Notes: generated from the letters alone by a model not told the origin. Shown: positions 19,930-29,978, counted from the stretch's first letter. The stretch is 64,000 nucleotides of DNA from Candidatus Magasanikiibacteriota bacterium (GCA_016182085.1 JACOYB010000004.1:339923-403922), one strand, 5' to 3'. Program-made: numbers and translations.

Positions 19930-21072
19930 TCAGCGAACGGCGAGGGTGTTCCCGCCGAACTCGATGCCCAGCGGACTGATCACGACCTTCTTCTCGCTGC
20001 TCGCCTCGATGTGGCCGGCGACGTAGGCCTGGAACGGCTGGCCCTGCGCTGCCTCGAGCACCTTGCTCACGTCCTCGGGGGCAACGTAGATCGCGAAGCC
20101 CGCACCCATGTTGAAGGTGCTATAGGCTTCCTTGTCGCTGACCGGTCCGTGCTGCTGGATGAAGCGGAAGATCGGCGACGGGTTGGGCGGCAGCTCGTCG
20201 ATCACGTAGGTGAAGTTGCCCTCCGCGCGCATGAGCTTGCGCCAGCCGTGCCCCGTCACGTTGACGGCGTAGTGGATGTCGATCCCAGTCATCTGGCACG
20301 AACGGATGAGCTCGACATAGATGTGCGTCGGGTCGAGCAGCATCTCGCCGTACGTCTGGCGCATGTTGACCTGGGTGAGGTAGCCGTCCGGAAGCTTCTT
20401 GGCGATCTTGCGCGCGAGCGTGTATCCGTTGGCGTGGACTCCCGAGCTCGTGAACATCACGATGACGTCGCCGTCCTTGATGCGGCCCGGGTTGATGACC
20501 TTCTCCTTGGGTGCGATGATGCCCGTGGCCGAACCCGAGAGGACGGCCGTGAGCGGCAGGACGATACCCTGGAGCGTCGGTGTCTCGCCTCCGCCCCAGA
20601 CGCAGCCGGCCTGGAGGCAGGCGCGCTTCGTCCCCTCAACCAAGTCATGGCAGCGACGGTCGTTCTTGAACCAGTCCGAGTCGCCGACAGCGAGGTGCTG
20701 GGCGTAGGAGACCGGCAGCGCGCCGAGCGTGATCATGTCATTGACTGCCATCGCCACGTTGCACTGGGCAACCTGGTCGTAGAAGGTTCTCGTGCGGCCA
20801 GCGAAGCTGATGCCGTCCACGAGCTGGAGCATGGCGTCGGCCACCAAGTTCTTGGTGCCGAGGCCTTCCTCGACGTGGGCGATGTAGCCCCAGGGCGTCT
20901 CGATGAGGAACGCGCTCTCACCACGGCTCCACCCGACCACCTTGAATCCGAACCGGTCGGCACACCGATCCGTATCCCGGGCGGCAAGCTGCGCCACCCG
21001 CTTGAACGGATCCATGGTGTCGTAGTTAACGCCGGTAGCGGCGTAGGTCAGACCCTTTTTGGAGTCACTCAT
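19930..21072 (-). CDS. purM: Phosphoribosylformylglycinamidine cyclo-ligase (AIR synthetase), GC-rich
   Basis: LTYAATGVN, EGLGTK, MAVND, GGET, SSGVHANGY, TFNMGAG; start moved to ATG 21072 behind GGGAGA. Confidence 0.9.
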   Translation of the reverse strand: MSDSKKGLTYAATGVNYDTMDPFKRVAQLAARDTDRCADRFGFKVVGWSRGESAFLIETPWGYIAHVEEGLGTKNLVADAMLQLVDGISFAGRTRTFYDQVAQCNVAMAVNDMITLGALPVSYAQHLAVGDSDWFKNDRRCHDLVEGTKRACLQAGCVWGGGETPTLQGIVLPLTAVLSGSATGIIAPKEKVINPGRIKDGDVIVMFTSSGVHANGYTLARKIAKKLPDGYLTQVNMRQTYGEMLLDPTHIYVELIRSCQMTGIDIHYAVNVTGHGWRKLMRAEGNFTYVIDELPPNPSPIFRFIQQHGPVSDKEAYSTFNMGAGFAIYVAPEDVSKVLEAAQGQPFQAYVAGHIEASSEKKVVISPLGIEFGGNTLAVR

Positions 21073-21259
21073 TGATGTTTTCTCCCGAAAAGTTGTTGGG
21101 TTTCGTAAGCAAAAACTATCATAAAGGGAGAAATAATTCAAGGGTTTTTAGAAACTGCGTAGTTTGCAATTTTGAATATTTTATTTATTATTTTTGACAT
21201 CCTACAAAAAACCTGTCATTCTAATTTTATCAACAATTGTAGAAAGAAGTGGGGGAACC

Positions 21260-21727
21260 ATGAAACGCACACTGCTGTATCAAATATGGATTCTGTTTTT
21301 GATCTACACCGTGTGGTCTTTGGCCAGTGAGGCAGTGTTTACCGGGGTGGCAGATATAATCCGGGATTATCAGGCGGGTAGACCGTTCAACTCTCATCTG
21401 CCTTGTCGTACCAGTCTTTGGAGTATCCTGGTCTATGGCGTTCCGGCCAGCTTGGGTTTTACTTTCGTTGACAGGCTGGTACCTGGATTCTTCAAGTGGC
21501 ACTGGGCTAAGCGGGGATTCATCTATACCATCGGCACATTTGCCTCTGAATACGCTTGGGGTGATTTTCTGGAATGGCTCACAGGGAGTTGTCCGTGGCA
21601 ATACAGAGATTCGTCAATTGCCCTGCTGCGCTATATCAATCCCGAGTACTTTCTGTTGTGGTTCATGTTCGGCTTTTCTTTGGAGTGGATTAGGGTAAAA
21701 CTCCTTCCAAGGATAATCGGCATCTAG
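21260..21727 (+). CDS. Small membrane protein (CmpB/DUF1113-like)
   Basis: SLWSILVYG, EYAWG...CPWQY motifs, about 4 TM helices; G-rich SD and TTGACA at 21194. Confidence 0.6.
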   Translation: MKRTLLYQIWILFLIYTVWSLASEAVFTGVADIIRDYQAGRPFNSHLPCRTSLWSILVYGVPASLGFTFVDRLVPGFFKWHWAKRGFIYTIGTFASEYAWGDFLEWLTGSCPWQYRDSSIALLRYINPEYFLLWFMFGFSLEWIRVKLLPRIIGI

Positions 21728-21885
21728 GCCTAAATCTTGGAATGATAAGGAGCACCCCCGCGTATGTTAGTGATACGCGGGTTGTTGTTTTTATAATTAG
21801 ATTTTATTTTTTAAATAAAGTAATCCATTGACAATTACCTAAAAAATTGTTAGCCTAATTTTTACAAAACCACAAGGAGTTCCTA

Positions 21886-22827
21886 ATGGAAATGGAGCCG
21901 ATCAGCGACTGGGAAGGTCGCATCCTCGGCGGCCGTTACCAGCTCAAAGAGTGGATTCATAAAGGCAGTATGGGCCATGTGTTCAAGGCTTGGGACTGCC
22001 AAAACCAATTCTGGGTGGTAGTTAAGGCTATTGATAAAAAACACGAACTGGTCCAACGGCTAAAACGTGAAGCGGATACGCTCAGGCGTCTCAACGACCC
22101 GCGGATCGTGCGTCTGCTTGACTGTGGGATAGATAAGGATCTTTATTTTCTAGTGTTGGAATACCTGGAAGGTAAAGATTTGGGGATGTGTATTGATACG
22201 CACGATCTCGTCTTGACCCAAGAGTTTTGCATTTCCATAGGGGTGCAAATACTGGAAGGTGTTGAGCCAATGCACACCGCCGGAGTAGTGCATCGCGATA
22301 TCAAACCCGCAAATGTGTTCCTGGTTTCAGGTCAAGTAAAAATTCTTGACTTTGGTTTGGTCAAGCTTGTGAACCGCCCCGGTCCGCGCCGGAGAATGCT
22401 GACCAACTATCCGGTTGTGATTGGTACGCTGGGGTATCTTTCGCCGGAACAAATGCGAGGTGAAGAGGTTGATTGCCGTTCCGATTTGTATGCGTGCGGT
22501 ATTGTGCTCTACGAACTCCTTACGGGCGAGCTGCCTTTTTACAAAACCGGAGAGCTTGAGTATAAGGCGTGGAAAAAAGCTGCGGCGCGAGAATACTGGG
22601 AGCGGCCATTACGTCCGTTTCCAAGCATCTTTCGCGTTCCGAAGCGTGTTCAGGAAGTTGTCTGGAAAGCGCTGGCAGTTGATCCGGCCAATCGTTATCA
22701 GACAGCCCAAGAGATGCGCCTCGCGCTCTTGGCAGCGAGACCGTTCTCGTTTAAGCGGTTTGTGAAGGAGGCTGTTGGAACAATTGGAGGAAAAACCAGA
22801 AATGCTTGGAGGGCAATCTGGTCTTAG
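21886..22827 (+). CDS. Hanks-type Ser/Thr protein kinase (catalytic domain only)
   Basis: GSMGHV, VVVK, HRDIKPAN, DFG, GTLGYLSPEQ, SDLYACG; SD AAGGAG. Confidence 0.92.
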   Translation: MEMEPISDWEGRILGGRYQLKEWIHKGSMGHVFKAWDCQNQFWVVVKAIDKKHELVQRLKREADTLRRLNDPRIVRLLDCGIDKDLYFLVLEYLEGKDLGMCIDTHDLVLTQEFCISIGVQILEGVEPMHTAGVVHRDIKPANVFLVSGQVKILDFGLVKLVNRPGPRRRMLTNYPVVIGTLGYLSPEQMRGEEVDCRSDLYACGIVLYELLTGELPFYKTGELEYKAWKKAAAREYWERPLRPFPSIFRVPKRVQEVVWKALAVDPANRYQTAQEMRLALLAARPFSFKRFVKEAVGTIGGKTRNAWRAIWS

Positions 22828-22925
22828 TCGTGGCCCCCTGTATCTGCAGGTGGCCTTTGCATTTTAGATTGACCAACAGTACTTTTTTTTGTATACTATT
22901 TTTTCAAAGTTACTACATTAAATCT

Positions 22926-23972
22926 ATGATTTCCGGATTCTGGAAACAACTGAAAAAACCCATTTTTGTACTCGCGCCGATGGCCAATGTGACCGACGCT
23001 GCTTTTCGGCAGATTATTGCCAAATACGGCAAACCCGATGTGATGTTTACCGAATTTGTTTCTTGCGACGGATTAGTATCCCGAGGCAAAGAAAAATTAT
23101 TGGTAGATTTTATGTATACCGAAGCCGAACGCCCGATCGTGGCCCAAATTTTTGGTTCCAAACCGGAAAATTTTTATAAAACAGCTCTCTTAATTCAAGA
23201 GCTTGGTTTTGACGGGATAGATATAAATATGGGTTGTCCGGATAGAAATGTAGAAAAACAAGGTGCCGGCGCTTGCTTGATGAAAAATCCGCTGTTGGCG
23301 CAAGAAATTATAAAAGCTACTCAGCGCGGCGCGGGAAAGCTGCCAGTCTCTGTAAAAACTCGTATCGGTTATAACAAAAATACATTGTCCGATTGGCTGC
23401 CGTATCTGCTTGAAACCGAACTAGCAGCAATTACGGTTCACGCCCGTACCCGAAAAGAAATGTCTCTAGTGCCAGCCAACTGGGAGACAGTGCGTGATGC
23501 CGTAGCAATTCGTGATAAATATGATAGTTCAGAAAACAGGACTTTAATTTTGGGAAACGGCGATGTAAAAAATTTCGCCGAAGCAAATGAAAGAGTAAAA
23601 GAAACAGGTGCTGACGGCGTAATGATCGGCCGCGGTATTTTTGGCAATCCATGGTTGTTCGCCAATTGTCATTCTGAGCGGAGCAAAGCGGAGTCGAAGA
23701 ATCCCTTACACTCGGGTTTAAGGGATCCCTCCATTACAGTCGGGATGACATCGAGTGTTGAAGAAAAATTACGAGTAATGGTAGAACATACATATCTGTT
23801 TGAAAAAATTTTGGGGGAGCATAAAAATTTTGATATCATGAAAAAACATTACAAGGCCTATGTGAATGGTTTTGACGGCGCTAAAGAATTGCGAATCAAG
23901 CTGATGGAAGGCGCGAAAACCGCGGCGGATGTAGAGAAAATTATAACGGAATTCTTACAAAATTTGGATTGA
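22926..23972 (+). CDS. tRNA-dihydrouridine synthase with in-frame palindromic insert
   Basis: LAPMANVTD, DINMGCP, VHART, GNGD, MIGRG; start moved to ATG 22926. Confidence 0.92.
   Translation: MISGFWKQLKKPIFVLAPMANVTDAAFRQIIAKYGKPDVMFTEFVSCDGLVSRGKEKLLVDFMYTEAERPIVAQIFGSKPENFYKTALLIQELGFDGIDINMGCPDRNVEKQGAGACLMKNPLLAQEIIKATQRGAGKLPVSVKTRIGYNKNTLSDWLPYLLETELAAITVHARTRKEMSLVPANWETVRDAVAIRDKYDSSENRTLILGNGDVKNFAEANERVKETGADGVMIGRGIFGNPWLFANCHSERSKAESKNPLHSGLRDPSITVGMTSSVEEKLRVMVEHTYLFEKILGEHKNFDIMKKHYKAYVNGFDGAKELRIKLMEGAKTAADVEKIITEFLQNLD
23667..23750 (+). repeat. REP/RPE-like TGTCATTC...GATGACA element inserted in frame in the dus gene
   Basis: 84 nt encoding CHSERSKAESKNPLHSGLRDPSITVGMT; related to intergenic copies. 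Confidence 0.85.
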
Positions 23973-24014
23973 TTTTTTTGTTTGTTGAGACTACTATAGT
24001 GTATAGTGTCCAAT

Positions 24015-24105
24015 TGTCATTCCGACCAAAGTGGAGGAATCCCTTAAACATAGCTTATTGTAGTAATTAAGTGTAAGGGATCCCTCGGCTACGCTCGGGA
24101 TGACA
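24015..24105. repeat. REP-like TGTCAT...ATGACA element
   Basis: TGTCATTCCGAC...GGAATCCCTTA...TAAGGGATCCC...CGGGATGACA. Confidence 0.85.
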
Positions 24106-24111
24106 AACCAT

Positions 24112-25215
24112 ATGGAATTCAGTCATAAATTTTACAACACAACCGCTTTGGCCTGGGAAGGAATGCGCCAAGCAATTTTGGATGCCAAAAGTTCTGTGTA
24201 TTGGGAGATTTTTGCCCTTGTGGATGATTTAGCCGGTAAGCCGTTTATAGACTTGTTGTGCGCCAAGGCTCAGGCTGGACTAGACGTAAAACTTATTACC
24301 GACGCGATCGGCAGTTTTTATTTATCCAAAGATGCTATAAACCGTCTCAAAAAATCCGGTGTTAAATTTTTTATGTTCAACAACCTTCGTCCGGAACTGG
24401 CGTTGCAAAATTGGCTGCGCCGTGTCTGGCATCGCACGCACCGTAAAGTGCTTATTATAGATAGAGAAGTTGTATTTATTGGCGGTGTAAACGTGGCGCA
24501 ATATGCCGCTCTTTGGCATGATTTGCATTTGCGCTTGACCGGTAAAATTGTAATACCAATTTTATTTAGTTTTGCCAAGTCATATATTAAAGCCGGCGGG
24601 GATAAAAAAGATGTGGCCGATTTGCTTCGTCCGAAAATTTTTCCCAACCTCGAAGAAATCAAAGAAAAAATAAATTTTATTTTTCATTCCCCCTGGCGCG
24701 ATACGGTACGCTCGCCGTTTAAAAATTTTTACAAACAAGCGCTGGGTACGGCCAAAGAAAAGTTTAATCTACTCACGCCATACTATGTGCCGGACCGTCA
24801 TTTTTTGGAGTTAGTATCTCAGGCCAAAAAACGAGGCGTGAATGTTAATATTATGATTCCTTGGAGAACCGACGAACGCGTCATGCGTTATTTTGCCTCT
24901 ATGCTGTATGGTGTTTCATCCAAAGCCGGAGCTGTATTTTATTTTTTAAAGAATATGAATCACGGCAAAGCCGTAAGCGTGGATAATAAATTAGGCATGG
25001 TTGGCAGCGCCAATTTAACGCCGCGCAGTTTTTATATTAATCACGAAGCAGGCGTTACATTTTCAGATGAGCACATGGTGGAAGAATTAAATAATATTTT
25101 GGATGATTGGAAAAAAGAAGCTATGCCGCTTTCGGAAATAAACATAGGAAAGAAAGTAGGATGGACAAAGAGATTTAAAGACTGGTGGATGAATAAAATA
25201 CGCGATTATGTCTAA
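24112..25215 (+). CDS. Phospholipase D / cardiolipin synthase-like protein
   Basis: Two HKD motifs (HRKVLIID, HGKAVSVD) and TPYYVP; the upstream ATG 24100 lies inside the repeat. Confidence 0.85.
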   Translation: MEFSHKFYNTTALAWEGMRQAILDAKSSVYWEIFALVDDLAGKPFIDLLCAKAQAGLDVKLITDAIGSFYLSKDAINRLKKSGVKFFMFNNLRPELALQNWLRRVWHRTHRKVLIIDREVVFIGGVNVAQYAALWHDLHLRLTGKIVIPILFSFAKSYIKAGGDKKDVADLLRPKIFPNLEEIKEKINFIFHSPWRDTVRSPFKNFYKQALGTAKEKFNLLTPYYVPDRHFLELVSQAKKRGVNVNIMIPWRTDERVMRYFASMLYGVSSKAGAVFYFLKNMNHGKAVSVDNKLGMVGSANLTPRSFYINHEAGVTFSDEHMVEELNNILDDWKKEAMPLSEINIGKKVGWTKRFKDWWMNKIRDYV

Positions 25216-26449
25216 AAACTTCGGAGCATTTAACATGCCGCTGGCCGAGCGAATGCGCCCTAAAAATTTTAATGAGTTTGTCGGGCAATCAGATATCGTC
25301 GGGCAGGGAAAATTACTAAGAAAGCTGATAGAAAATGATCAGCTTTCTTCTATTATTTTTTGGGGGCCGCCCGGAGTAGGCAAGACAACCCTGGCGCAGA
25401 TTATGGCCGCGCAAACCAAATCTCGGTTTGTTTTGCTCTCCGCGGTTTCAAGTGGTAAGGAAGAATTAATGAAAATAATCAAGGAAGCAAAGAAAGTTTT
25501 GGAAGAACAAAATCAAAAAACTATTTTATTTATAGACGAAATTCATAGGTGGAACAAAGCCCAGCAGGACGCGTTATTGCCAGTGGTAGAAAAGGGGATA
25601 GTAATTCTTATTGGCGCCACCACCGAAAATCCGTCTTTTGAAATTATTGGCGCGCTTCTGTCTCGCTCCCGGGTTTTTATTTTAAAATATTTAAGCGAAG
25701 AAGATGTTGTCGCGATTATTAAAAATGCGTTAAAAGATAAAGAAAACGGTTTAGGAAATTTGAAAATCAATATAGAAAAGAAAACGATTGAACTTCTGGC
25801 TGAACTTGCCGGAGGGGATGCTAGAACCGCTTTAAATGGTTTGGAGTTGGCTGTAAAGGCTAAAGGCAGCAATAAAATAATTACTATTTCAAACGAAGAT
25901 ATAAAAGAAGCGTTGCAGCGCACGCATTTGGTCTTTGATAAACAAGGCGAGGAATTTTATAATCTAATTTCCGCGCTGCATAAATCCATGCGGGGTTCCA
26001 ATGCCGACGCGGCTTTGTATTGGCTGGCGCGCATGCTGGAGGGTGGGGCGGATCCGTTATATATTGCCCGCCGCGTAGTGCGGTTTGCCAGTGAAGATAT
26101 TGGCATGGCCAACAGCGAAGCCTTGGTGCAGGCAAATGCTGCTTTTGAAGCGTGTGATAGGCTGGGAATGCCCGAATGCAGTGTGCATTTGGCTCAGGCG
26201 GTGGTCTATTGCGCCAAATCTACTAAATCTAATTTGTTGTATCGGGCCTATGGAGAGGCGGCTAAAGACGCGCGAAACACATCGCATTTGGGCGTGCCAA
26301 TTCACTTGCGCAATGCGCCAACCAAATTTATGAAAAGTATCGGCTATGGCAAAGATTATAAATATTCTCCGGATTTTGATTATAAAGAGAGTCAGGATTA
26401 TCTTCCGCCGGAGTTAAAAGAAAAGAAGTATTTAACCAAAAATTCATAG
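25208..26449 (+). CDS. rarA: Replication-associated recombination AAA+ ATPase
   Basis: PLAERMRP, GPPGVGKTT, DEIHR, GATTENPSFE, ISALHKSMRGS, HLRNAPT. Confidence 0.95.
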   Translation: MSKNFGAFNMPLAERMRPKNFNEFVGQSDIVGQGKLLRKLIENDQLSSIIFWGPPGVGKTTLAQIMAAQTKSRFVLLSAVSSGKEELMKIIKEAKKVLEEQNQKTILFIDEIHRWNKAQQDALLPVVEKGIVILIGATTENPSFEIIGALLSRSRVFILKYLSEEDVVAIIKNALKDKENGLGNLKINIEKKTIELLAELAGGDARTALNGLELAVKAKGSNKIITISNEDIKEALQRTHLVFDKQGEEFYNLISALHKSMRGSNADAALYWLARMLEGGADPLYIARRVVRFASEDIGMANSEALVQANAAFEACDRLGMPECSVHLAQAVVYCAKSTKSNLLYRAYGEAAKDARNTSHLGVPIHLRNAPTKFMKSIGYGKDYKYSPDFDYKESQDYLPPELKEKKYLTKNS

Positions 26450-26551
26450 CTATCTTGACAATAGTTTATTTAGTGTCATAGTATACTGCGTTGTCAGACA
26501 AAGCTCAGAGATCCACAGACCCGGGTTCAATCCGGGAGAAGAGAGTTTGTC

Positions 26552-26953
26552 ATGTTGAAAGTCAAATGGCGTTCTGATGATGGTCAGGGCGAAGTTTGCC
26601 CTGATTCTGGCGGTCCTGTCACCCCCGACATGGTTGAAGAAATGGTCAGGGCGGCCATTGCCTTCGTGGCCAACCTTCGGTTCGTGGCCAAGCCTCAGAA
26701 GGTTTCAAAGGTTTCAGCCGTCTTTTTCATGGTGAGCAAGCCTCAAGACGTCATGGAAAAGCAGCGTAAGGTACTGCGGCAAAACAAGAAGCTGGGTACA
26801 GCTGATCCAGAGCCTTACCCTGTCTACGGATGGATTGAAGTCGCCGCGGATTCCAACCTGGCGAACATCATGTCCAAGTTCGCCCATGAGAAGGATCGGG
26901 TTGAACGTAGCACGGTATTTACCACCTTTATGATCCAGGCCATGAAGGTGTAG
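26552..26953 (+). CDS. GC-richer orphan protein
   Basis: Own TTGACA promoter (26455), purine-rich SD, C/G-ending codons, downstream terminator near 27095-27126. Confidence 0.65.
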   Translation: MLKVKWRSDDGQGEVCPDSGGPVTPDMVEEMVRAAIAFVANLRFVAKPQKVSKVSAVFFMVSKPQDVMEKQRKVLRQNKKLGTADPEPYPVYGWIEVAADSNLANIMSKFAHEKDRVERSTVFTTFMIQAMKV

Positions 26954-27198
26954 AAAATCCTGGATAAGCATAATTTGTGTAGGAGGTCTGCAGCGTGCGG
27001 GCCAGAGCGGTTGGGCACGCGTGTTGTCTGGGAACGGTATCGTGCCGTTCCCTATACTAACAATTATTTGTACCTTGTAAAAATAATTGAGGAATAAAAA
27101 ATCACCTAACTTAGGTGGTTTTTTATTGGCGGCAATTTACTGGACTTTTTTGATGCGGGTGATAGAATTTATAGATAACTATTTTACCGTTAATTATT

Positions 27199-28434
27199 AT
27201 GAGTCATAATGATCCGTTTGTTGGAGCTTTAAAGCAGCTAGAAAAACTAAAAAATTTAATAAATTTGGAGGAAAATATCTATCAGCAATTACAATCGCCG
27301 CAAAAATTTTTGGAAGTATCTATTCCCGTAAAAATGGATAATGGGCAGATACGAGTTTTTAAAGGCTTTCGTTCTCAGTACAGCAACGCGCGCGGACCGT
27401 ATAAAGGCGGTATCCGTTTCCACCCGCAAGTAAATGAATCCGAAGTAAAAGCGCTTAGTATGTGGATGGCTCTAAAAACGGCCGTGGTGGGTATCCCGCT
27501 TGGCGGCGGTAAAGGCGGGGTAATTGTAAATCCAAAAGAGTTATCGGCAAGTGAGTTAGAAAAATTATCTAGGGGCTATATTCAAGCGATTCATAAACTA
27601 ATCGGCCCGAATGTGGATGTGCCGGCACCGGACGTGTATACAGATCCCAAAATAATGGGCTGGATGCTTGACGAGTATGAAAAATTAACCGGCGGGGGCA
27701 ATCCTGGGGTAATTACCGGCAAACCGCTTAGTATTGGCGGTTCCAAAGCGCGCAGCTATTCCACGGCCCAGGGCGGTTTTTATGTGCTGCAAGAGGCGGT
27801 GAAAAAAATGAGTTTGCATAATGTGCGCGTAGCGGTTCAGGGTTTTGGCAATGCTGGCGCTACCATGGCAAATATTCTGGCAAAAAATGGCTATAAAGTT
27901 GTAGCGGTTTCAGATTCTAAAGGCGGAATATATAATAGTGAAGGCTTGGACATGACAACGCTTTCGGTTCATAAAGAAAAAACCGGTTCGGTGGCTAGCT
28001 TTTTTGGTGCGCAAAACATTGATGGAAATATTTTATTCCAGGAAGTTGATATTTTGGTTTTGGCGGCATTGGAAAACAGCGTAACCCTAGAAAACGCCGA
28101 ACAAATTAAGGCCCAATTGATTATAGAGTTAGCCAACGGTCCGATAACCCACGAGGCGGATGAAATTCTGGATAAAGCTGGAAAAGTTGTAGTGCCTGAT
28201 ATTTTAGCCAATGCCGGCGGGGTGGTCGTGAGTTATTTTGAGCAAGTGCAAAACGCCTATAATTATTATTGGGAAGAAAAAGATGTTTTGGAAAAATTGG
28301 CAAAAATTATGACCCAGTCTTTTGACGAGGTTTGGAGAAAGAAAGAAAAATATAATACGAATATGCGTACCGGCGCGTATGCGCTCGCAGTAGAACGAAT
28401 TGGGCAGGCAATGAAAGATAGGGGTTGGATATAA
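27199..28434 (+). CDS. gdhA: Glu/Leu/Phe/Val dehydrogenase (glutamate dehydrogenase)
   Basis: RGPYKGGIRF, GGGKGG, DVPAPDV, QGFGNAG, PDILANAGGV. Confidence 0.9.
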   Translation: MSHNDPFVGALKQLEKLKNLINLEENIYQQLQSPQKFLEVSIPVKMDNGQIRVFKGFRSQYSNARGPYKGGIRFHPQVNESEVKALSMWMALKTAVVGIPLGGGKGGVIVNPKELSASELEKLSRGYIQAIHKLIGPNVDVPAPDVYTDPKIMGWMLDEYEKLTGGGNPGVITGKPLSIGGSKARSYSTAQGGFYVLQEAVKKMSLHNVRVAVQGFGNAGATMANILAKNGYKVVAVSDSKGGIYNSEGLDMTTLSVHKEKTGSVASFFGAQNIDGNILFQEVDILVLAALENSVTLENAEQIKAQLIIELANGPITHEADEILDKAGKVVVPDILANAGGVVVSYFEQVQNAYNYYWEEKDVLEKLAKIMTQSFDEVWRKKEKYNTNMRTGAYALAVERIGQAMKDRGWI

Positions 28435-28477
28435 ATAACTTGTGGCTAAAAAGTAGCTATGCTATAATTTAACCTAT

Positions 28478-29206
28478 ATGTTAAGCTATTTTTGGGCGAC
28501 TTATTTGTATCAACCGTTATTTAACGCCCTGATTTGGATTTATTTAAATATTGCCGAGCGGAATATGGGGTGGGCTGTAGTGTGGCTCACTATTTTTTTG
28601 CGTATCATTCTGTTGCCGCTTACCATCATTTCCGAACGTGACGCGGCTAAACAAAAAGACGTGGAAGCGCAAGCAATTCAAGCGGCCAAAGCCTTTAAAA
28701 ATGATCTGGTAGCCCAAAAAGAAGAAATCAGGAAAATAATGAAAAAGCACCATGTGTCTCCCTGGGCAAAAGTGGTGGTATTAGGTTTTCAAGTGCTCGT
28801 TTTTTTGCTTTTGTACCAGGTCTTTATCCGCGGCATAACTGGCGAAAGAATTATCAAACTATTGTATCCGTGGATTGATTTCCCGGGGAAGATTAACGTG
28901 GATTTTTACGGATTTAATATCGGCAATTATCACGATACATTTTGGGCGGGAATTGTGGCCATTTATCTTTTCTTTTCTATTTATTTGGGAGAATTTTCCA
29001 GTCGCGGCAAGAAAGATCAGTCAAGAATTACGTTTTTATTCCTATTTCCCTTGTTTACCTTTATAGTGCTGTGGTTTTTGCCGATGGTAAAATCATTATT
29101 TATTTTGACAACCATGATATTTTCTGATATAATTTCTATTATCAGAAGAATGATTTTTCCGGAGAAAAAGGCGGAAGCGCCGGCCAAAACAGCTGCTAAA
29201 AAGTAA
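28478..29206 (+). CDS. YidC/Oxa1-like membrane insertase
   Basis: YQPLFNALI...LTIFLRIILLPL, coiled coil, then TM helices. Confidence 0.7.
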   Translation: MLSYFWATYLYQPLFNALIWIYLNIAERNMGWAVVWLTIFLRIILLPLTIISERDAAKQKDVEAQAIQAAKAFKNDLVAQKEEIRKIMKKHHVSPWAKVVVLGFQVLVFLLLYQVFIRGITGERIIKLLYPWIDFPGKINVDFYGFNIGNYHDTFWAGIVAIYLFFSIYLGEFSSRGKKDQSRITFLFLFPLFTFIVLWFLPMVKSLFILTTMIFSDIISIIRRMIFPEKKAEAPAKTAAKK

Positions 29207-29221
29207 AATTAAAATAACCAA

Positions 29222-29277
29222 TGTCATCCTGAACAAGTTTTCGGGATCTAGATGCCGAAAACTTGTTCGGCATGACA
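29222..29277. repeat. REP-like TGTCAT...ATGACA element (short)
   Basis: TGTCATCCTGAACAAGTTTTCGGGATCTAGATGCCGAAAACTTGTTCGGCATGACA. Confidence 0.8.
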
Positions 29278-29293
29278 ATTAACAGTAAAATCT

Positions 29294-29860
29294 ATGTCCG
29301 GAGATTCAATGGATAAATTAATGTATTCCTTTGTAATGGACGATGTTTTGAAAGGCCTGTTTATCAGTGTTCCGCCCGGATACGTGGCTTGTGTGTATGA
29401 TTTAGGCAGGGGAGTCTTAAAAAAAGTATTAACACCGGGACTTCATCTTAAAATTCCTTTTTGGCAAAAAGCAAAATTATTTAATACCCAGACGCTAGAA
29501 TATAGCATTTCCAGACAATTCAACGCTGAGCATGAAAGAGCGTTGGGTGATATTCCAATTGCGGCCGGTACAAAAGACGGCCAGCGAGTAGGGGTAGAAG
29601 GCACAATTCTGTTGCGTTTAGATGTTCATCAAGTACCTTCTATTTGGCAAACCATTGGTGAGGATTTTGTGGCCAAAATTGTCCGCCCGACTATTCGCAG
29701 CCGTGTACGTATGGTATTTAGCAAGTTTGATTATCAAGAAATAGTGGGAGCAAAAAGAGACGCGGTGGAAATGGAGCTTAAAAACGAGTTGGAACGCATA
29801 TTTTATGCCCGCGGTATTTATGTGGAAAATGTACTCTTAAGCGAGATAGGTAAGATTTAA
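29294..29860 (+). CDS. SPFH/band-7 domain protein
   Basis: VPPGY...PGLHLKIPF, TKDGQRV, IVRPTIRS. Confidence 0.85.
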   Translation: MSGDSMDKLMYSFVMDDVLKGLFISVPPGYVACVYDLGRGVLKKVLTPGLHLKIPFWQKAKLFNTQTLEYSISRQFNAEHERALGDIPIAAGTKDGQRVGVEGTILLRLDVHQVPSIWQTIGEDFVAKIVRPTIRSRVRMVFSKFDYQEIVGAKRDAVEMELKNELERIFYARGIYVENVLLSEIGKI

Positions 29861-29911
29861 TTTAGTGAAGAAATGCGGGAAAATATAAAATAATAGATGT
29901 AAAAAAGGCCC

Positions 29912-29963
29912 TTGACGGGGCTTTTTTGGTATGTTATTATCACTCATAAGGAAAGAGTGATAA
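29912..29963 (+). promoter_or_regulatory. Sigma70 promoter with overlapping CIRCE-like operator
   Basis: TTGACG-17-TATTAT (29912-29940); TTATCACTC-N9-GAGTGATAA (29937-29963). Confidence 0.85.
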
Positions 29964-29978
29964 ACATCAATTGTCTAT

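Noticed and set aside
19849-21075. 408-aa ORF antisense to purM, and similar long antisense ORFs at 5176, 18837, 42608 and 62069
   Set aside because: Shadow ORFs expected opposite GC3-rich genes; no motifs, SD or promoter
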